Virus record (IMG/VR): IMGVR_UViG_3300025000_000053
Location: 62,001 to 126,000 of that record
DNA: 64,000 nt
Direction: 5' to 3' (one strand)
Position 1 is the first letter of the stretch. Each line of letters opens with the position of its first letter. The position numbers were made by a program, and so were the translations under genes. Shown in pieces: positions 19,562 to 29,887 of this stretch. Under the pieces are notes generated by a model that worked only from the letters and a program-made list of their open reading frames with translations, made no database searches and was not told the origin of the DNA.

Positions 19562-22446
19562 TTATATTTTAATATCAATAACAAATTTTCCTTCATTAAA
19601 TTTCCTTTTTTCAATCTCATCATCTATAAGTTTTTCAAAATCTCTTTTAGTTCCAACAAATACTTTATTTTCTTTATATTCATTAGTAATGTCAATTCTT
19701 CTTTTAATATCTTCAAATTTTTTATTATCAGTTAAGAAGAACTTTCCATTATAAAATTTACCTTCAAGATGTCCAGTATTAATCTTTATATCAAATAGGT
19801 CATTATTAAATTCTATACCTAATCCCATTGATTTTAAAAATACCGATAATATTTCAATATTTCTATTTTTAAAATTTGCTTTATACTTAAAATCTTTTAT
19901 AGGATTTAATCTTGTCATTAAATTTTTACCTAAATCACGTCTACCTATAACTGATGACCTATAGAATAGATGTAGTTGAGCTATTAGTTCAGTTGGAACC
20001 CCTATATTAGTATTAAGATTTTCATCAATACCTATTCTTATAGGAGTTTTAGAATAAAGTTCCTGGTGAGTTTTAGCTTTATTAGATTTTTCAGGTAATC
20101 CTTTTCTTGATAAAGTTCCAGTTGATCTAGCTGAAAAACCTTTCTTAGCTGTTTGCATTAATTTCATTACATACATATCTCCAACTATTAATTTCTTCAT
20201 CATTTTAATCTTTCTACCAAATCTATTTACATAAACATCATATTGTTCAATCCAATCATGTTCTTCATATAATTTAATAAGTTTATCAAATAAGAATTCC
20301 TCTTCCCATAAAGGAGGTATATGAATAAATATACCTTCTTCAACTAAATTATTGAAAAATTCTTCCTTACCAATGATACTCAATTTTCTTAAATATTCTC
20401 TTAACTTTTCTTCCTGGTCTTTATTAAAATAACTTATTATATTAAGAAACAAATCTTCTTTTTCTTTCATATTAGTCAGTGTTTGAATACGGTCCACTGT
20501 TCTATTGCATATAAACGTAATTGATTGTTCAAAAAGCTGGTATGAGTTTACAATTGTTTTAGACCATATCTTCAGTCCTATAAAGAACTGCCTCCCGTTT
20601 CGGGTTTCCCCTACTCTACTCGCTTCTTCAGTTATAGATAAATTATAACTTATGCTTTCGATGGCCGTTGAGCACATTTCAAATATTACTATTTGAAACT
20701 TCGCTGCGGATTACTCAATTTTAAACCTTTTTACCATATCTGAGTAGTTACTTCAGCCCTTATCTATGTCACCATGATAAGTTGGTAGTTTAAAATTATC
20801 GAACTTTCCCGCAATTAGAGAGGTTTTAGATCGCCTAAACCTTACCAGTCCAGCGATTGATTACAGATATTGAATTAAATAGAATATCAACACGCTCTCC
20901 AGTTTCTAAGAATGGCATTTCATTATCAGGTAATATTTTTGATATAACACCTTTATTACCATATCTCGTTAAATTCACATAGATCGTTAATCTATGCAGT
21001 TCTCTTATGAACTTCCCTAAGTTTCCTTAGGATACTAGACTATCTCTTCATCTCTATAAAATAATATAGAGAGTTACCCACTTCGATTTAAGGGGATTTC
21101 ACCCACTCACTTGAGCCCTACTCCTAATGCTTATTTCAAAGCTAAAGGATAGTCGTTGAACTTTATTCCTCATTATAAGGAATCTTAGCTGCGGATTACT
21201 CAATCTTTTTATTATATAATAAAAAGCTCTAAGAGCTTCCCCGACAATTAAAGTAATTTTCTATATATGTTACCATATATAGGGGCTAAGCTACATAACC
21301 CGTTATTTTTTGCCCTACTTCTAAATAAGCATTTTTTTCAACTAAAAATTCTATTACTATATTAGAAAATACCGAGTTATTTTCTTCTCTCCACTTATAC
21401 TTTTCATCTAATATATTCTTAGCTTTTCTCATATAAAAACTAACTTCTCTAGAATATTTAGAACCAGAATCAATTATCTGTTTACATCTTTTAAATATCT
21501 TCTCATAATAAACTAATTGCATTTTATAATATTTCATTATTTGTCTATTAAAATCATTTTCTTCTAATTCATCTAAAGTTTTATTACAATAGATATCTAT
21601 ATCAATAATTTTACCTTTACCCTCAATAAAGAATAATACATCTGAAGTAAAATCAATCTTTCTAAGATTAGATTTCTTTAAATCATATAACAATTGATTG
21701 TTATGAATTCTTCTCTTAGCACAAATTACCTTATCTTTAACATATTCATTTATATCAGGAAAAGTTTTATAATTATTACTATTGCCATAAATATTACAAA
21801 ATATATCATTATCATTTAAAGAAACTTTAACTCTTTCAACTTCTGTTGAAACCATTCTTTTTGATAATGACTCAGAACAAACAATAGCATCTTCAATAGT
21901 ATTATTTTCTAAAAGGTACATAAATTTAACATTAGTACCATAACAATAATTCATATCATCATCATAAGATGTACTCTTATAAAGAACTTCGCCTTTATTT
22001 ATTGAATTACCAACTTCTTTATTATCAATATTATTGGTATTATACTTAAAACCATATCTTTCTGTTAAGTCTTCTACAGATTTCTTTTCTATAATATCAT
22101 ATTTATCATTTTCTTTATCATATACAAATAATAAATAAAATTGTTCTTCATTTTTATCATCTGTAAATTTACTTATTTTATCAATAATAACACAATTATT
22201 TTTAACCTTTTTGAAACCAGTAGAATTCTTACCTACTATATTCTCATAATTAGTAAAAATTCTTGGAAACTCAGGTTCATTTAAAGTAACACATTGTTTC
22301 AAATGAGCAGTAAACATAACATTCCTTGATGAACTAATATATCCTGGATTAGTTAATAACGTCATCCCAAATATATCATCTTTACCTTTAAATTCTTTTT
22401 CTTTCTCTTGTAGTATCTCTTTTAGTGACATTGTGGTTTTATACAA
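19562..22446 (-). CDS. rpoB: Multisubunit RNA polymerase beta-like subunit, C-terminal half (non-virion type); 3 exons, about 750 aa
   Basis: Exons 22446-21298, 20966-20852 and 20550-19562. Splicing restores GQKITG|RYGNKGVIS and INR-L-NSYQLFE; also IEDAI, YVMKL, ARSTG. Confidence 0.9.
20551..20851 (-). ncRNA. Divergent group I intron I4 lacking P2 and P9 (phase 1)
   Basis: P1 ATCGCT|/GGCGAT with U-G pair; P10 TAAACT/GGTTTA; P7 GGCCA/TGGTC; only 11 nt from P7 to terminal G. Confidence 0.85.
20967..21297 (-). ncRNA. Group I intron I3, no ORF
   Basis: GGT| 5' site, terminal G before AGA TAT GGT; canonical core; P9 CCTAAG-GAAA-CTTAGG. Confidence 0.9.
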
Positions 22447-22536
22447 TAACTTTACCTCCTTATTTAAAAATTATTATAGAGAATGTATATTCATATAATA
22501 TATAAATACACATTCTCTAGTTTTTATTATAAAAGT

Positions 22537-24491
22537 TTATGCCGCTTCTTTAAATTGTTTATCTTGTGATTTTTCTAATCTATCGCATAATTCAAAAATA
22601 TTTAACAATTGACCATTTTCTTCTGGTTCAACATGTGATAATTGTTTTTCCAATATAGGTAATGATCTATTAAATAATTCATATCTTAATTTTTCATTAG
22701 TAAGAAATTCTTTTCTAAATTTCCTACTATCAAATTTAATATCTTTTACTCCTTCAATATATTTATAAGGATTACGTCCAGCAATTAACTCATTATCTTC
22801 AGCAAATCTTAATTGAGTTAAAATTGGATCAAATCCAGTAGACTGATCATATATAAGATTTACAAATTGACCAGCTTTATTTGTTCTAGATTTTAAAAAT
22901 TCAGCTCTTACACCAAAACCATCAAAACCATGTTCATCTTTTTTAAATTTTTCTGAACCTATAGCTATGAAGTTTATTAATAAATTAGCATAATAAATCG
23001 TATATTCACATTAGTCGTCAGCCAATGCAGTTCTCTTCTCTTATGAACTTCCTTATCTTTCGATAAGATACTAGACTATATCTTCATCCTTAATAAATTA
23101 TTTATTAAGGAGTTACCCATTTCGTAAAGAACTTTTTAAGTTCACCCTACCATTATTGACTTGTAGGTCTACTCCTCAGTCTAAATTAGACTTCATCAGA
23201 TAGTCGTTGAACCTTTCTCATAGTAATAATATGAGACTTGGCTGCGGATTACTCAATCTTTTTATTATATAATAAAAAGCTCTAAGAGCTTCCCCGACAA
23301 TTAAAGTAATACTAACATAATATTACTATTATGCCACCCTAAATTTAGGTGCATTCCCACCCGTAAAGTTCACATAGGTCGTTAGTCTATGCAGTTCTCT
23401 TATGAACTTCCTTATCTTTCAATAAGATACCAGACTATATCATTAACCTAATAATTTCTTATTGGGCTACTTCCTATTTCGATTTAAGGGATTTTCACCC
23501 ACTCACTTGAGCCCTACTCCTAATGATCATTTCAGATCCACTGGGATAGTCGTTGAACTTTATTCTAATAATTTACTAGAATCTTAGCTGCGGATTACTC
23601 AATCCTAAAACCTTGTTATTAATATAATTTAGTAGTTTTAGGCTCTAAGAGCTTCCCCGACAATTAAAGAAGTTTTCAACATACATTTCTGTATGAGGCC
23701 CCACAAATCTCTAGTTTAGGGATACTCTGGTCCATCTTCATATATAATAATTGTGGTTGTGTTTTATGCATCGGATTTATTTCCATCTTTTGATTAATGT
23801 GGTTTATAGCAATAACATTTATATTATATGCTTTTATAATTGGCATTAATCTTTTATAGAATTGAGCTAATGCTTTAGCAACTCTATTGGCATATGTCCC
23901 ACCTTCCATTTCATTAGAAGTATCTTTTGAAGCAACTGTTGGTATTGAATCAATAATCATTACAGTTGGAACAAATGCCTTTATTGGTCTATTAAATTCA
24001 TCAACTAATCCAGTATTATACATATAATCTTTTCTATTAGCTTCTTTTTCTTGAGCTATTTCTACTATACTATTAAAAATATCTTCAATATAATTTTTTT
24101 CTTGCTTTAAAATATATTTATCATCAAGTTCTTGTTGAGTCATAGATGTTACATTTTTTATTCTAGTATATGATAAAACTTGTTCTAAATCAAAATGTTG
24201 AACAAATGCATTGTCACTGAATCGTCTAACAATATTAGCTGCAATCTGAATAGCAAAAGTAGTTTTGGCAGTACCAGACTTACCTATAATTGTCATAAAT
24301 GTGCCACCCACTATACCAATAGATGAATAAGTTGTTATGAGTTCCTCATCCAAATTCCTAACTTCAATCATATATCCATTTCTATAGTCAAATGGTACAA
24401 ATCCTGTTGGATAACAAATAGAAGTTTGTGTTGCATTAAATAATCCTTTTTTATCCTTTTCTCTTAATCTTGAAAGCATTTTATTAGCCAT
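22537..24491 (-). CDS. recA: RecA/UvsX-like recombinase; 3 exons, about 416 aa
   Basis: Walker A GKSGTAKT, IIDS, INHI. Exons 24491-23718, 23361-23347 (15 nt) and 22998-22537 give DQSIP|GGNAP|IYYAN, equivalent to RecA GGxALKFYAS. Confidence 0.9.
22999..23346 (-). ncRNA. Group I intron I6, no ORF
   Basis: CCT| 5' site with P1 CACCT/GGGTG; terminal G before ATT TAT TAT; canonical R and S elements. Confidence 0.9.
23362..23717 (-). ncRNA. Group I intron I5, no ORF
   Basis: CCT| 5' site (P1 weak), terminal G before GGT GGG AAT; canonical core. Confidence 0.85.
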
Positions 24492-24613
24492 TTTTTTTAT
24501 TTCAATCCCCCTTATTAACTTTATTTATATGATAGTTGTTCTAAAGATAAAATTTTAAAAAATATAAAAAAAATAAAGAATGGAATTTAACCATTCTTTA
24601 TTTTTTATTAGGT

Positions 24614-25540
24614 TTAGTACTTTAGTTTTAAAATCTTACCATTATTCAACATAATAAAGAATAGTTTAAAGTTATGCTCTAATTGAGATAGAGCTTTTGA
24701 ATAAAATTTCTTAGCCCTGTTGTTAAGATATTCGGAATCAATAAATAATGTTACCGCACTAAATCTTTCTCCTTTTATTTTTTCAATAATAGAAGGTAAT
24801 TCCATGTTATTGAATTCAACAATGTTGAAAGCAGTTTCATTACTATATTTCGAATGTAATTGATGCAGCTGATTTTTTTCTGACCTAAGTGTGAAAATAG
24901 TGTGAGTTGGTCTATTGGGCCTAAAATTAGATACAATAAACGGTGTATATTTATCCCCATTTTTAGACTCAACTATTTTCTTAGAAAATAGTAATTCTCT
25001 AACTTTATTAGTTACTTCGATTTCCTCACCATTAACTTCTGTTATACCTCCAACATTATTTTCAACAATACTAAAGGTATAAATCATATCGGATTTAGTG
25101 TGTTTATCATAAATCCTAATTTCCAATGGTTTGTCCTTATTATTTAAGGCCGCAATAAAAGTTAATTCTCCATCAAGAGAATAATTTTCCAATAAACATA
25201 TAAAATCTTTACTAATATTGACAAGCATACGCTTACCAATATTTAAAGTAACTAACACAATGTCAGTATTGTTATCAACTCTTTTATTCTCAATTATAAA
25301 CGGGTTAAAATCTTTTTTCCCGTAAATAAGACTTGTTAATGCATTATTTAAAATAACAGGTTCCTTCATTTTAATAAGTTTTGATAAAACATCATTTGAA
25401 GGAATAAGATGTTTCATAGCACGAATAAAACAATGCATATCAAATACAGGTGAATCCTTTCTCTTAAAAAACGCACCAGTTTTGTCATTCAATTCATTAT
25501 TGCTCCAGGATCTTGTACTTTCATTAAAAAGTATTATCAT
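24614..25540 (-). CDS. Hypothetical protein, paralogue of 25579..26499
   Basis: Shared motifs (F/L)NE..K/RxW, KD(F/L)NPFII, RPxRPT. Confidence 0.75.
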   Translation of the reverse strand: MIILFNESTRSWSNNELNDKTGAFFKRKDSPVFDMHCFIRAMKHLIPSNDVLSKLIKMKEPVILNNALTSLIYGKKDFNPFIIENKRVDNNTDIVLVTLNIGKRMLVNISKDFICLLENYSLDGELTFIAALNNKDKPLEIRIYDKHTKSDMIYTFSIVENNVGGITEVNGEEIEVTNKVRELLFSKKIVESKNGDKYTPFIVSNFRPNRPTHTIFTLRSEKNQLHQLHSKYSNETAFNIVEFNNMELPSIIEKIKGERFSAVTLFIDSEYLNNRAKKFYSKALSQLEHNFKLFFIMLNNGKILKLKY

Positions 25541-25578
25541 ATTATCATCTCTCCCCTATTTTATTTTAATACAAGTTT

Positions 25579-26499
25579 TTAAAACTTATATTGTATTAAA
25601 GAACAGTTGTTCAATAAAATATACACCACTTTGAATTTTGTTGTGAGTTCTCTTAGAACTACTTTATATTTTTCTTTAATAATATCAATTGATTCGTTAG
25701 AATCAATAAATAAAGTAATAACACTGTAATTGAGCTGTTTTACTTCATCAATAAGTTTTATTAAATCTTCCGTTTCATTACCATTCTCATTGAAATAAGT
25801 ATATAAAGTATAATATATAATATTATCCTTAACAACCTTTTTCATGGTACTTTCCATTTTTTGATAACTATCACCGGAACATATAACTATCTGTGTAGGT
25901 CTTTTGGGTCTAGTATTTTCTATCTTTAAAGCAGGTGGGGTAAATGCTCTCACCACTTTTTCTATCTGTTTCTTATAAACTAAATTACCATTTTGATCAT
26001 ACTCAACATTATAACGAATAATATCTTTTTCTTTCTTATCAAATGCATAAATTGTAAATTTAGACTTAAGATTAGAATCCATTGAAATGATTAAATTCAA
26101 CTCATCGGCATTATTGATATGCTCAATGATGAAATTTTTACCCATTTCTAAATTATAAATAACTTTATCCCTAATATCTAAATTCATAAGAAGTACGTTT
26201 CTATTATTCCCATTTCTTGATTGTATAATGAAAGGATTTAAATCTTTATATCCAAACAAAACACTTGTATCATCACTACATACTTTAACAATTTCTGTGG
26301 TTTTAGTTACACTTTCAATATCATTTTTAACTTTGTTTAAAAAATCTTGATTTGCAGATGTTAAAAATAATCTACAATTAAGATAATGAATCTCTCTGTC
26401 TTTCCCTATGACTTCACAGTTCTTACTTATCTTTAAGAAATTCTTTCTTCTATCTGGGGTTTCCCATTTTTTCTCTGTCTCATTTAATAAAAATATCAT
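25579..26499 (-). CDS. Hypothetical protein, paralogue of 24614..25540
   Basis: Same shared motifs; GGAGG SD. Confidence 0.75.
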   Translation of the reverse strand: MIFLLNETEKKWETPDRRKNFLKISKNCEVIGKDREIHYLNCRLFLTSANQDFLNKVKNDIESVTKTTEIVKVCSDDTSVLFGYKDLNPFIIQSRNGNNRNVLLMNLDIRDKVIYNLEMGKNFIIEHINNADELNLIISMDSNLKSKFTIYAFDKKEKDIIRYNVEYDQNGNLVYKKQIEKVVRAFTPPALKIENTRPKRPTQIVICSGDSYQKMESTMKKVVKDNIIYYTLYTYFNENGNETEDLIKLIDEVKQLNYSVITLFIDSNESIDIIKEKYKVVLRELTTKFKVVYILLNNCSLIQYKF

Positions 26500-26657
26500 C
26501 CCTCATAACCTCCTAATCATTTTTTACCAATCTTTTCTATTTAATAAATTTGTTTCTTTATAAATTATTTTTAATCAAGTGAAAATTTTTAACATGAAGA
26601 CAATAAGAATTCAATATGAGGTTGAAATTTTAATCAACCTCATATTAACATATATTT

Positions 26658-27506
26658 CTATAAAAATTTCTTATTCTTCATATCGGAAATAACTTCTGAT
26701 ACTTTTGGATATGTTTCAGAACTTATCTGAGTGAATTGAATTCTTCTAGCACTATCTTTACCTCTTTTATCGTCCTTTTCACGACGATCAATATAATAAC
26801 TGAGTCTTTGCTTTATTTCTTTCTTCTTCATTTCTTCAAGATAAGAAAGAACAAAGTTAGTTAAGATATTCCAAACTACCATTTGTTTATCATCTAAATG
26901 GCGAATTACATCCTTTCTTTCAAGAGAAATCTCCATAACAACAGTATTTATAAAATCTTCATTAAATAATGACATAAAAAGTTTCTTTAAAGTTTTATTG
27001 TCAAGTTTTAATTCAGATTCTTTACTCAAGGCATAAAGTTTACGAATGATTCTTTGGACATAAATCCCAACAATTCTTTCATTCTCAACCATGGCTTTGT
27101 CCGGCATAATGGCTAATAATTCCTTAATCGTACTTTCATCTAAATCAGTTATTTTCTTTCTTAACTTTTTAACCTTTTTCTTAAGTAAATCGTCAATGAT
27201 TCCACAATAAATATCATTAACATCAGAGTCAATCTTCCCATGATTTCTTTCCAAGAAATTATACAATAAAACAACTACGGTTAGGTCATTGTTATCACCA
27301 TTATCTTTAATGACCTTTTTCAAGGTTTTAGCAAATTTCAAGTCCATCATTTTCTCAAATATAACAGTTACAATATCTTGCTCCTTAAAACCCCTACGAA
27401 TATAAAAGGTTGTAAGGTCTGAAAGGTTATCCGAAATAACTCGAATCCTTTCATCTTTATCCATTTTCTTAGGTTTCCATTCTTTTAACAAATCTTTTAC
27501 TGACAT
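26658..27506 (-). CDS. Hypothetical helical jumbo-phage protein
   Basis: 282-aa ORF; GAGGAGG SD; promoter motif at 27605. Confidence 0.75.
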   Translation of the reverse strand: MSVKDLLKEWKPKKMDKDERIRVISDNLSDLTTFYIRRGFKEQDIVTVIFEKMMDLKFAKTLKKVIKDNGDNNDLTVVVLLYNFLERNHGKIDSDVNDIYCGIIDDLLKKKVKKLRKKITDLDESTIKELLAIMPDKAMVENERIVGIYVQRIIRKLYALSKESELKLDNKTLKKLFMSLFNEDFINTVVMEISLERKDVIRHLDDKQMVVWNILTNFVLSYLEEMKKKEIKQRLSYYIDRREKDDKRGKDSARRIQFTQISSETYPKVSEVISDMKNKKFL

Positions 27507-27698
27507 TACATATTACCTCCTCTAAATTTATATAATAGTTTTTCAATATTAATTTGTTGTTTATTTACAAATTAATTTTTAAACTATTGACTTATACTTT
27601 AAAAATAATATATATTTATAAATTAAATATAATTTTTTATAAACTAATAAAAAAATAAAACATTGATAGAATCATAATCAATGTTTTATTTCTTAATA

Positions 27699-28439
27699 CT
27701 AATTAGAACAATCTAGAGTATAAATTCCATCAATATCCGGTTGATTGAATAATAATGGTGTTTCATCCGATATATTTAAAGCTGGACGAACACCATCACC
27801 TGAAAAATACACACTATTATCATCTAATTTACCATATGCATTTACTATTCTAACACCACATGGGTACCTAATATTAAATGAAGTTCTTAACCACCAATCC
27901 CAATAATTAACATTAATATTCCCATATTTTATAAATTGTTTAGATACATTTACCATAAGATTATTAGTATCGTTAAATAATTCTATTAAATTTCCTTCCT
28001 TTTTATTACTATCATGTATTAATCCAACCTCTGTAACTGATAATAAAAATATTTTATCTATTAAATTTTCTATTTTGTTTTCATTTTGATTATTTACAAA
28101 TATTTCAATACTAGTATCTAAAATCTTAGAAAATTCATTAGTATTAAAATGACTTAAAAATCCTGAGACTGTATTTAACCAATGTCGTATATTAGATAAG
28201 CCGTAGTTGTTACATTCTTTATCATCTAGGTCAACCTTTGCTTCATTAATTGATTTTAAATTAAAAGGACGTAAATCAATAATTTTATCTGTTAATAAAG
28301 TTATTGAATTTTCAGGATAACCTGGATGGTTTTTAGCTGCAATACTCCAAATAATAGGTGATATTTCACTATCACCAACTTTATAACTACCAAATCTAAC
28401 CTTATCACTAATATTTAAGTCTTTAACTAATTTAGACAT
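27699..28439 (-). CDS. DUF6273-like (C-type-lectin-fold) protein
   Basis: NNYGLSNIRHWLN, DKIFLLSVTEVG, WWLRTS, GVRPALNI. Confidence 0.75.
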   Translation of the reverse strand: MSKLVKDLNISDKVRFGSYKVGDSEISPIIWSIAAKNHPGYPENSITLLTDKIIDLRPFNLKSINEAKVDLDDKECNNYGLSNIRHWLNTVSGFLSHFNTNEFSKILDTSIEIFVNNQNENKIENLIDKIFLLSVTEVGLIHDSNKKEGNLIELFNDTNNLMVNVSKQFIKYGNINVNYWDWWLRTSFNIRYPCGVRIVNAYGKLDDNSVYFSGDGVRPALNISDETPLLFNQPDIDGIYTLDCSN

Positions 28440-28457
28440 TAATAAATTCCTCCATTG

Positions 28458-28889
28458 CTATAGTATTAATCCAGTTATTTGGACTAGTTCAGCCCGCTCA
28501 GAATAATAACCATTAGAAGTTCCATACCATCTGATTGTTACATATCCTTTTATTGTTGCAAGTTTATAAAATGTCCATGTGTAGTGTGTTTCTCCTTCAT
28601 CTTTATCTCCTGAATTACTTGTTTCTTCAGCCATTAAAATGGGGGAATCAATTAAATCATCAATATTTCCAATTATTTCTTCTATATATACACATTCACA
28701 ACACAGCTGGTCATGAAACATAGAATAAATAGTTCCATCTGAACAATAAAAATTTATTTTCCCATATTCCTTATCAATATTAATCTTAATTAAAGTTTTA
28801 TTAACAAGATTACTAAATTCAACAAATTTGTAATCTTCTATACCTTTAATAACTATTCCTTTATTTTTCTTTTTTTTATTCTTTTTCAT
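28458..28889 (-). CDS. Conserved phage protein (CCE...TWTFYKLAT...WYGxSNGYYSE type)
   Basis: Recognisable widespread phage motif set. Confidence 0.75.
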   Translation of the reverse strand: MKKNKKKKNKGIVIKGIEDYKFVEFSNLVNKTLIKINIDKEYGKINFYCSDGTIYSMFHDQLCCECVYIEEIIGNIDDLIDSPILMAEETSNSGDKDEGETHYTWTFYKLATIKGYVTIRWYGTSNGYYSERAELVQITGLIL

Positions 28890-28925
28890 TTTTTAATCCC
28901 CCCTTAAACATTTTTATTCATTTAA

Positions 28926-29582
28926 TTAACCCAATCTAGTTGATATATTCCATACTTCCTTTCTTACATCTGTTTCAGTTATTTCTAGTTTGGTAGATCT
29001 ATCAACTGATATACAAGCTAATGCTAATATTTGAGCATGGTTGATTTCTGATATTTTAATTCCTTTAGACATAATATCAAAACCATTATCATTTTCAATA
29101 AAAGTTATTGTTTCTTTTTGACTTTCAATATCAGATTTTGTTTCATTTTTAGATTCATCATTATCCTTATTAGATTTTATTGAAATAACAAAACTATTAT
29201 TTTCTTTATTAGGTTTAACTGTTGTATAATTATTTTTTAGATTTCCTTTAAATGATATTAACTCACTATATTCATTATTAAGACATTTATTTAAATCTAT
29301 TGAGTTATCGGTACAATATTTATTCGGCATTAAAACAGTAATTCTTTTATCACTAACATCTAAATCCAATTCAATAAGTGGATGTTTTTGACTTTCAATA
29401 TCACATTTTGGTTTTTTATTTACTTGTGTATCAATATTTACTCCATTATCATAATAATTTTCAACAAGATCTTTTGTAGTATTAAAATATAAATTTTTTG
29501 GTATAAACAATATTCCACCATTTTTGTTAAATTTAGCAAACAATTCGCTTAGTTTATCACCTTTTTTAACGGATAATCTCAT
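28926..29582 (-). CDS. Hypothetical protein with a short internal repeat
   Basis: K(C/S)DIESQK occurs twice, also as a DNA repeat near 29121 and 29391. Confidence 0.65.
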   Translation of the reverse strand: MRLSVKKGDKLSELFAKFNKNGGILFIPKNLYFNTTKDLVENYYDNGVNIDTQVNKKPKCDIESQKHPLIELDLDVSDKRITVLMPNKYCTDNSIDLNKCLNNEYSELISFKGNLKNNYTTVKPNKENNSFVISIKSNKDNDESKNETKSDIESQKETITFIENDNGFDIMSKGIKISEINHAQILALACISVDRSTKLEITETDVRKEVWNISTRLG

Positions 29583-29710
29583 AATAGTATCCCCCTTATT
29601 TTTTTATTTCTTATTAAATAATATATAAATATAAATTTGTTATTCTTTTGTTACCAATCATATAAAAATATAATAAGATGTGTATTTTTATTATACACAT
29701 CTTATTATAT

Positions 29711-29872
29711 TTATTTACTTAAATTATCTAGATTGGTTTTTACAGATGACTCAATTAATGCTTCTAATTCATCCTTTTTTTTAACTTTTTTCTTTGTTGG
29801 GTCCTCGATATCCAATTGACCAAAGATACCCACTTCAGTTATTATACATAATTCTTCATTCTTTTCTAACAT
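29711..29872 (-). CDS. Small 53-aa protein missed by the ORF track
   Basis: AGGAGGTG SD, ATG at 29872, MLEKNEELCIITEVGIFGQLDIEDPTKKK..., TAA at 29711. Confidence 0.6.
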   Translation of the reverse strand: MLEKNEELCIITEVGIFGQLDIEDPTKKKVKKKDELEALIESSVKTNLDNLSK

Positions 29873-29887
29873 ATTTATCACCTCCTG

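Noticed and set aside
20551-20677. ORF-track N-terminus MCSTAIES...KTIV of 19562..20677 as real protein
   Set aside because: It is intron I4 sequence read in frame with exon 3. The track's tails at 12415-12504, 21286-21297, 23676-23717 and 30406-30417 are likewise intron read-through.
27699-28439. A complete DGR in this window
   Set aside because: No reverse transcriptase and no template repeat found; kept only as a target-like gene.
29110-29420. About 28-nt repeat within 28926..29582 as a regulatory or mobile feature
   Set aside because: It is in frame and encodes K(C/S)DIESQK twice, so it is best explained as a small internal duplication.
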